NCBI GenBank assembly: GCA_020137815.1
Contig: CM035351.1
Coordinates: 7,440,001-7,504,000 of the forward strand
DNA: 64,000 nucleotides
Direction: 5' to 3'
From: Hormiphora californensis
Taxonomy: Eukaryota; Animalia; Ctenophora
Shown here: one piece after another, positions 55,730-64,000 of the stretch
Position numbering within the stretch: the stretch's first letter is position 1
Layout: every line of letters begins with the position of its first letter
Program-made: the position numbers and the translations under genes
Notes under the pieces: generated by a model
Databases searched by the model: none
Told to the model about the DNA's origin: nothing
The model's input: only the letters and a program-made list of their open reading frames with translations

Positions 55730-58700
55730 TCACTGCTGTTTGCATTCGTCCTCTTTTTGTTTGGTAGATTTCTTAGTGAGGGCAACTCGTTTAGCGAGGA
55801 GGGGCTGCTTCGTCACGGAGGCTATTGAGGCCGAGGGGCCTGCAGGCGGCTCTGCTGGTGTCTGAAGCGGGATTAGAAATTAGAAAAACGGGCAAACTGG
55901 TAGAATTAAAATAATGACATTGAGAAAAGCAACTGTGGTTTAGCATTATTTTCCAACCTGTGGTTTAGGGTCGATGTTTTCAGATGAAGGTGGTGAGATG
56001 GTGCGGGTACTAGATTTCTCCTGGACTCCACGTTTTTCCGAAGGGACACTCGGAACAGCAAATCTCTCTGCTGCAGCTTGTTGCCTAGTTGAGGAGGGAT
56101 CGAGGACACGAGCGGTGGCTGCATCTCTCTTTTTATCACACTGTCTACACACCAGCCCTACTCCTTGATAGGTCAGCTTGATCCTGGGGGAAGGAATTAG
56201 GAATTAGGAGGGAATTATAAATTAGGATCAGGGAATAATGGCTGGAGCGAATTTATAGGAGGGAGGAAAATGGAAATTACATACGCTCCCCACAACTCAC
56301 TTTTCCAGGTAATCAGCGTGGTCGTTATCCAGACTTTTCACAAACTCCTCCAGGCTAACAGGCTGATAGGTTCGTGGGGTAACATAGGCAAGCTGCTCCA
56401 CATATTTCCTCCTTATAATCTCCCTCTCCAGAGACTTTGTGGTTTGGGTGACCTTGTTGACAGCGGTGTTGAACTTACTCTCAAGACTATCTGCCTCGTT
56501 CAATGCGTCCTGCCACTGTTTGTGGAGTGTGATGTACTCCGCGTTGTGTTTCGCCTGGGGGCAGGATACAAGGTTATGGTTTGAAAACATGGATCTACCC
56601 CCCCCCCACATTGCATCCCAACTAACCCTATTTCCAATTTGGTATCGAATACACCTCAACCTTCGGGGGCGCTGGCAAGGGGTAAGTTCGTAACCAAATT
56701 TCCAATTACTGTATCACACTACTTTCTAAATTACAACCCCTGAATTTACCACCCCTGCATTTACCATGTATCCCTCCCCGCTCTCTACTCACCAAACCTC
56801 CCCAACTCCCCCAATCCGCACCCAGTTGTCCCCCTCCCCGCTCTCTACTCACCATCGTATTGTTTTGTTCCTTGATCTCCTCGTCTTGTTTGTTCATCTT
56901 GTTGACAACAATCTGATGTTTCTCCTTGAACTGGCTGATGTCCTCTCTAGCTGTCTCCATCATCTCCTTCCCCATCTCCAACTGTTTCTCCAGGGTTACC
57001 AACTTCTCGTTCATTGCCATATTTTCAACCTGCAACTCCCGGTATTCCAAATCTATTGTTTTCCGGGAATCCTGTGCTTCCGCCAGGGCGTCTTCGTGGA
57101 ACTGTCGGAACTTCCCGAAATCCTGTTCTATCTCGGCCTTGGCGGTGTCTGCCTCGTCCTTCTTCAGTTGCAGAGTTTGCATGTTAGCGGATAGTTGACG
57201 GTGAGCTGTGGCTAACATCTCATATCGATTTGCCTTGTCCTGAAGTTCGTCCACCCTCGATTTCAGGGCATCCCTATCAGATATCATATCACTACCACTA
57301 GTCCTCCAGTTCTCTAACTCCGCAACCGCCTCATCCCGTTCACGTTCCCTCAATGCTAATCGCTCCTCTACTTCAGCCAACTGTCTGACATTCTTGGCAA
57401 ACTCGCACGTAACCGACTCCCTGGATCGCTCAATATCTGCTGAGAGTTTATCCATTTGTTCGGTTACCATGGCAACCTTTGCAGACTCCTCTTCCTTCTC
57501 TCGGACAAGCTGTTCAGTTCGCTCGGTAAGGGAGATAACCCGGGCAGTGAGATCTTGGCACTGCTGTTCCCGCTCCACCACTGCATCAGACAGGGTCTCC
57601 ATCTCACTGACCATAGTGGTCAGCTTGGACCGGGCCTCTGATATATCCGAAACAAGGACTTCCTTTTCCTTTTGGATTGCTGCCAGATATTCCTTGGTAG
57701 AATGAAGTTCCTGTTCTAGTTCCCTCATTGCTCCCTGCGTGGTGTTCTGAGATGCAGAGATCTGGTTTTGTAGCTCCTCTTTCTCAGCCCCCAATCCCTC
57801 CACCACTCCTTGAATCTGCTCCATTTCAGTCATTAGTCGCTCCATAGCTCCTTGAATCTGCTCCTTTTCAGTCACTATCTGATCTCGGATGCCACATGAT
57901 TCAGTTAGTTGCATCTTCAGCTCATCCCTTTCTTCAACTAGTTGCTCCTTCTGGCTAGCCATCTCTGATAATTGTGTCTTCATACCCTCGTACTCTGTGG
58001 AAGTCTGATCGATTTGTCCGACCAACATTCGCATCTCGGTTTCCATTTGCTCCAGTCGAGCGGCTCCTTCAGCAATAACCAACCTCTGTTCTTCTAGCTC
58101 CTTATCCTTCTCTGTCACCTGCTCCTGACTAGCAACAAGAGCTTCCTCCTTCTCCCTCACCAACTCTCCTAATTTCCCTGAATCCTCTTCCTCCCGGGCC
58201 TTTGTCTCCCGTTCCTTCCTCTGCAACAGAGTCATTAGCTCATCCAAATCATCACGCAGCGCCTCCTTCGCCTTACCCTCCGCAATCAACTTCCCAGAAA
58301 CATCGTCTAGTTTTGCCTGTAGAGCAGTCACGGCGCCCTCCATTTCTAGCACCTGACCTGACTTTTCCTCCAGGGCGGATTCAAGGGAAGTGATACATTG
58401 AAGCTGTGCAGCCACCTTCATCTGGTAATCACTGTTGCTCTGTTCTAACAACATCTTCTCCTCTAGCATCTGGAACTCATCCACCTCCTTTGTCCTGTAT
58501 TCCGCGACTACCCTCTGTAGGGATTGTGCCTCAGCAGCGTGCTCCCCCATCTCAGCCCGGAGGGTTTGTTCCTGTTTCCTCAGAGTTGCTATGGTAACCT
58601 CCAACTGGGCTACAGTTTGGTCGTCTACAGCAGGTGGTGATGACTCCAGGGTTTCGAGTTCTTCTTTGACTGCAGAGATCTTACCCTCCAATTCAACGCA

Positions 58701-61700
58701 TTTGAGACATTCTCTCTCCTGGGATAGAGACGAGATTTGAACCTCGAGTTCCGGGCATTTTGGACAATCCTGGGATAGAGCTGAAATCTGGGCTTCCAAC
58801 TGGGGACATTTGGGGCACTCAGCAGATTGTAGGGATGACAGTTCTTGTGATAGAGATGACACCGTCTCCTGAAGGGCCGGACATTGGTTGCAGTCGGGCG
58901 GTGGTGTGGCGTGGGCTTCAGCTAATGCGTGGGTGAGAGAACCGACTTGAACCCCCAACTCAGCACACTTCATACACTCGGCAGGCGGTTGGGCAGTTCT
59001 GAGAGCATCCAGTTCTTGAGATATACTGGCAATAAGTTCAGCTGATTCAGGACATTTTAAACATTCTGGGAGTGGGGAGGATTTAACTGCATCTAACTCT
59101 TGACAGGCAGCAGAGACCTGGGCAGCGAGTTCGGGACACTTTGTGCATTCTGGGAGTGGAGAGGATTTGACTGCATCTAACTCTTGACAGGCAGCAGAGA
59201 CCTGGGCAGCGAGTTCGGGACACTTTGTACATTCTGGGGTTGGAGAGGATTTAACTGCATCTAACTCTTGACAGGCAGCAGAGACCTGGGCAGCGAGTTC
59301 GGGACACTTTGTACATTCTGGGAGTGGAGAGGATTTGACTGCATCTAACTCTTGACAGGCAGCAGAGACCTGGGCAGCGAGGTCGGGACATTTTGTACAT
59401 TCTGGGGTTGGGGAGGATTTAACTGCATCTAACTCTTGACAGACTTCAGAGACCTGGGCAGCGAGTTCGGGACATTTTGTACATTCTGGGAGTGGGGAGG
59501 ATTTAACTGCATCTAACTCTTGACAGACAGCAGAGACCTGGGCAGCGAGTTCGGGACACTTTGTGCACTCAGTTGATTTGAGAGTGTCTAATTCTTGGGA
59601 AAGAGTAGAGATTTGTGCCAACAGTTCAGGACAATTATTACATTGAGCTGGTGGAGAATCTTGGAGGTTCGCCAGCTGTTGGGAGACATCGCCAATCTGA
59701 GCTTCTAATTCCGGACATTTCATACACTCAGGAACAATGTTGGGAGTAGATTTAAGAGTTTCTAGCTCCTGAGACACGACAGAGATCTGGGCTTGGAGTT
59801 TGGGACATTTAGAACACTGTGAAGATGTCTGCTGGATGTTCGCCATTTCATGTGACATGGCCTCTATCTGGGCGGTTAGTTGAGGACACTCTGTACAGGG
59901 TGGTGCAGTCCGGAGTGCCTCTTTCTCCACTATCATGGCCTCTATCTGGGCCTTTAGTTCGGGACACTCTGTACAGGATGCAGTCCGGAGTGCCTCCTTC
60001 TCTTCCTCCAGCAGTGAGATTCTCTGGGAGAGTGTTGATGATATCTCCAGCTTCTCATTAGACAGCTCAGTGTACCTCCGTGACAGGTCGGCACTATTCT
60101 TAGTGAGCTGCTCAAACCGGAGACTGTAGTCAACACTTGCTAACTGAAGGTGCATCATCTTGTCCTCAGCCTCGTTTAACTCCATGGTTTTGGTTTCCAG
60201 CTGCACGCTCTTCTCCTCCCACTGTAGAGCTCTGTCCACTACCTGCTCCAGTGGGAGATGTTGGACTCGTGCCAGAAGATCCTCGGAAGATGACAATTGA
60301 GCCTGGAGATCGGTTATTTGTTGTGTAAGGGTGGCGTTCTCCGTCACATGTCCCGCAATCTTTCTTTCCAATTCTTGAATTTGCTGAATCAAGTTCTCCT
60401 GTTGTTCAGAGGATGGGGAGTTGTTGAATTCCTCTCCTCTCCTCTGCAGGCTCTCTATCTCTGCCATTATCCGCTGCCTCTCAACATCAAACTCACTGCT
60501 AACAACAGCCAGCTTGTTCTGTGCCTCTGTGATCTGGACATTTGCCAGCTCCAGTTCTCCCCTGAACTTCTCCTGAAGATCCTCCATCGCTGAATCCTTG
60601 GCACTCAAAACTTCTTCCTGAAGTCTGTCACATCTTTCTAGGACAGCCCTCAGTTCTTCATCTTTCTGTCCCAGATCCTGTTGGTATTTGAGGAGTGCTT
60701 CAGATAACTCTCTCCTAGAATCTTCCAATAACTTTTCAAGCTCAACACGAGTAGACTGTATTTCATCCCTATCTCTTACAGCAGCCTCCAGGTTTAGTGT
60801 TAACTCCTGTACAGCAGTGCTTCTCTCACCCTCCAGTTCATTGCGGAGGGTTTTTAAGGATTTCTGATGCTCTTGATCCATCTTTCCAATCTCTGATTTT
60901 AGTGTAGCAACCTGAGAATAAGCACATGCAAGCTCGTGTTCCTTCTGTTCTGTTATCTCTGTTGTCCTTTGAGTGTTTGAATCCTCTACAGTTTCCATGT
61001 CTACTGCTCCAGAATTTTCTAGCTGTTCGATTTTAGAATTCAGTTCTGTGTTCTGTTCAGTTAACTGCTTCATATGCTCTTTTAATTTCGTCATTTGAGC
61101 AATAGCATCTTCATGGGCAGTCTTCACCTGTCCAAGAGATGATTCGTGAACAGCAATGACAGCCTGGGCTTCTTTAAGTGCCTCCTCGAGCTCTCTAGTC
61201 CTGATCTCAGATTCCTCTTGCAGTGCTCCACTCTCCTCTACTGCCCGCTGCTGCATCACCGAGAACTCTTGGTTCTTCCTCTCAGCAGCTTCTTCTAGAC
61301 TCTGTACAGTTTCCTGTAGTGATGCTATCCTCCCCTCAAGATCACCCCATTCCTCCTCAGATCTCTGACCCGATTTGGCAGTCTCCAGAGATTTCTCTAG
61401 CTCACTAATCTGGTGCTCAGCCTCAGTTTTAGTGCACTTCAAAGTTTCGGATAGACGCGTGATTTCGTGTGATTTGGCCTCAACCTCTGCTTTCAAGTTC
61501 TCGAAATCTTCTGGAGTGAGTGTATCGCTGGTACTGTCCGTCTTCCGTTTTTTACTCTGAAATAGAAAGGGGTTACCAGACGTGAATGTCAATTCAAAAG
61601 AAGCAACTTCATAGAAAGTTTATACTTCAATGAGCGGAACAGAGACAGAAAGACAGATAAGCAACTGTCGGTGCAACTTACGGGACTGGAAAAGGGAGAA

Positions 61701-64000
61701 GGATCTGAGGTGGAGAGTTGCGATAGTCGCTGCTCCAACTCGACACGCTGTTCCTCGGCCTCAGCAAGAATCATGTTGTTTCTGTTCTCCAACTGTTGGG
61801 CCCTTTCAGCGTTATTCTCTATCTGGTTCATCAGATCCAGTCTCTCCTCACCTGGGGGGGGGGGGGGGTGAGATTCAGAACACACCTGGTATAGTTCATA
61901 TATCATCAAGAAGCTCCTGATTCTAATCTAGAACTCCTAAACTAAAGCTAGTATTCATTACCCGCGGCAATAAGGATACTTTTCAGTTCCTCTAACCGAG
62001 TATCACGTTCCTCCAAAGTAGCTCTCAGCTGCTCAATTTGCTCCTGTTGATCATCAATTGTATCCTGCATTCTATCTCCCATCTCTGTACACATGGCCTC
62101 AAGACTGTCATGTGAGCTCTGTAGGGTGATAAGAATTGTGGTTACTGATCTTAGGGGAATGTGAGAGTATTCGAAACTTTTGAAAAGTGTTGAGAAAAGT
62201 GCATTTAACGTATGGTAACGTACTTGCAATCGGAGTGATTTTTGTCGTTCCTTTTCAAGGTTTGTCCGACACATCTCATACTCGAGCTCTATCGTGTCAG
62301 CTTCGTCGGTGGTCCTTCTTCGTCTATCTGATACGAGGGTAGGCAAGGCACCACCAGCCCCAAACAGATTTTTCACCACATCAGTATCATCTGTATAGGA
62401 GGGGTGGGGTTACTATTGAGGGGGAGGGGAGATGGAGGTGGGTAATATTGTGAAGGAGGAGTGGGCAGTTAACACAGTATTGATTATTGAAGTTATGTCA
62501 GGGGGTGGTACCTGAATTGGAGATCCTGCTGTTTTTAAAGAAAATGTTCCTCGGTGAGGGCATGAGACCACCCGGACCATGGAAGAACGTCTCTCTCCGA
62601 CCTTTCCTACCACCAGCAGGCTTTCCACCGGCCATCTGACTCTTTAGAGCCTGTACCTCAGTATCTTTTATCTTCATATTGGACTCTAGTTGGTTTTTCT
62701 CTTCTAGCTCTTTCTCTAGCGTCCTAGAGAGGGAGATGATCACTGTTAGCATAACATGCATCAGGGCATTGTAGGGGGTAGGGGGCTATTCTCCTAGTGC
62801 CGGCGATATCGCTTTGCAATAGTCCCCTTTGGGCTTGCCGTTGGCAAGCCCTGGCACTCTGTTGATAGATAGATAGATCAGGGCATTGTGGTCTGACGCG
62901 GAATACAAATCTTACTTGATTCTCTTCTCATATTTCAGGATGATAGCTTTGTCATTCATCGTTTCATTGATCTTTGGCTTGTTTTTCATCATCTTAGCAC
63001 TCTTCGCAAACTAATGGCATAAACAGAACGTTAATTACAGAACATCACATGTCAGTGCATTTAGTTTAAATAAGTGGAGTGTCTACAGATTGGAGCTGGG
63101 TTCTCAGTTCTCACCCTTAGTGTGGAGTGTGACTCCTCTACAGCCACTGGGGTCATGGTGCAGAGTACACAGGTCTTGGCATTTCCACCCAGGGACGATT
63201 GAAGGATCCGAGTTAGTCGGGACTCACGGAATGGGATCACACTAGTGAGAGAGAGGGGGAGTTAGTCGGGACTCACGAAATGGGATCACACTAGTGAGAG
63301 AGGGGGGAGTTAGTCGGGATTCAGGACTCGCGGAATGGGATCACACTAGTGAGAGGGGGAGTTTAAACATATGATATTACTCCGGGAAGGAATGCGTTTG
63401 AACGTAATATATGTATCACTGGTTGTGGAGGGGGGAGTTTAGAAGGTAATTTATATTCACTTACACTTCACTGACATCTGAGAGCTTGGCAATGACCTTG
63501 CTAAGGACCATGAGACTGTTATTGATATGTCCTCCCTCCTTCAACCTGATCCCCTCAGCTCCAGTCGCCTTCGCCCTCTCACTGCCAGCAAGATCAACTA
63601 GGTTCAACTGGCTGCATCTCACAGTCCGAGCCTGGCCATCTGCCTCCATCTCACAACCCTTGTCAGTGCTCTCTACCACCTGCAGGAGATACAGATATGG
63701 AACGATAGTGCTACAATAATGAACAGCTCTAGGGCCTCAAATCAAAATGACTTGTTTCATGTTCCAAACTCTCTCAAAAAAGAACATGCCCATGGGGTAG
63801 GTGGGTGGTGGGGTTTACATACCAGACGGAAGATTGTGTGAGATCTGCTAGATCTCTCGTTCATGTTGGTGGCTGCAAAGTGTCGCTGGACCTCCCCACT
63901 CTCTAGATAACTGAAGATATCCTCCTCACAGGTGACCAGGACTTCAGTGAGATCCTTTACATATACTTCACCCCTGATGTTCTCCCTTACTTTTAATTTC
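55730..64000 (-). CDS. CENPE: Kinesin-7 / CENP-E, partial (5' end outside the window); motor C-half, long coiled coil, C-terminal CAAX
   Basis: [70 protein letters not shown]; ~4.7-kb coiled-coil exon at ~56853-61557; last exon ends ECKQQ* at 55730. Confidence 0.9.
59040..59572 (-). repeat. 84-bp coding tandem repeat (28-aa [26 protein letters not shown][LT]P) in the CENP-E stalk
   Basis: About six near-identical copies visible in DNA and protein. Confidence 0.95.
62773..62876 (+). mobile_element. ~104-bp retroposed 3' fragment (truncated LINE or SINE) with (GATA)n tail and 13-bp TSD, in a CENP-E intron
   Basis: ATCAGGGCATTGT at 62760-62772 and 62877-62889; stem-loop GGGCTTGCCGTTGGCAAGCCC. 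Confidence 0.85.
63210..63362 (-). repeat. Three tandem copies of the acceptor plus first ~30 exon bases of a CENP-E motor exon
   Basis: Minus-strand unit TCCCCCTCTCTCACTAG|TGTGATCCCATTCCGTGAGTCCCGACTAAC. Confidence 0.88.

Overview
Intron-rich eukaryotic DNA, very probably from a ctenophore (Pleurobrachia-like). This rests on two copies of what I recognise as the ctenophore spliced-leader (SL) sequence and a short MITE I associate with Pleurobrachia; neither was verified by search. Host genes: GIT ArfGAP (+, 1399-6988), mitochondrial processing peptidase beta (-, 8664-12438), a Death-domain IRAK/Pelle kinase with a C-terminal nucleoside-phosphorylase (PNP_UDP_1)-like domain (-, 13309-16322), a 25-kb VPS10-PKD-FN3 receptor (+, 26056-51034) that hosts a nested PIM-like kinase (-) and a nested thioredoxin-like ORF (+), and the 3' part of CENP-E kinesin (-, 55730 to window end). 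A retroelement nest at 16.7-25.3 kb contains an intact LINE inserted into a CRE-like element; its ORF1 is an AlkB-like dioxygenase fused to an SGNH esterase. Most notable: (1) two unrelated non-LTR elements start with an SL at their 5' boundary, implying retrotransposition through SL-trans-spliced RNA; (2) the AlkB-bearing LINE ORF1; (3) the Death-kinase-PNP fusion; (4) repeated tandem amplification of splice acceptors. Several single-base frameshifts in conserved genes suggest residual assembly indels. Exon boundaries were read by eye.
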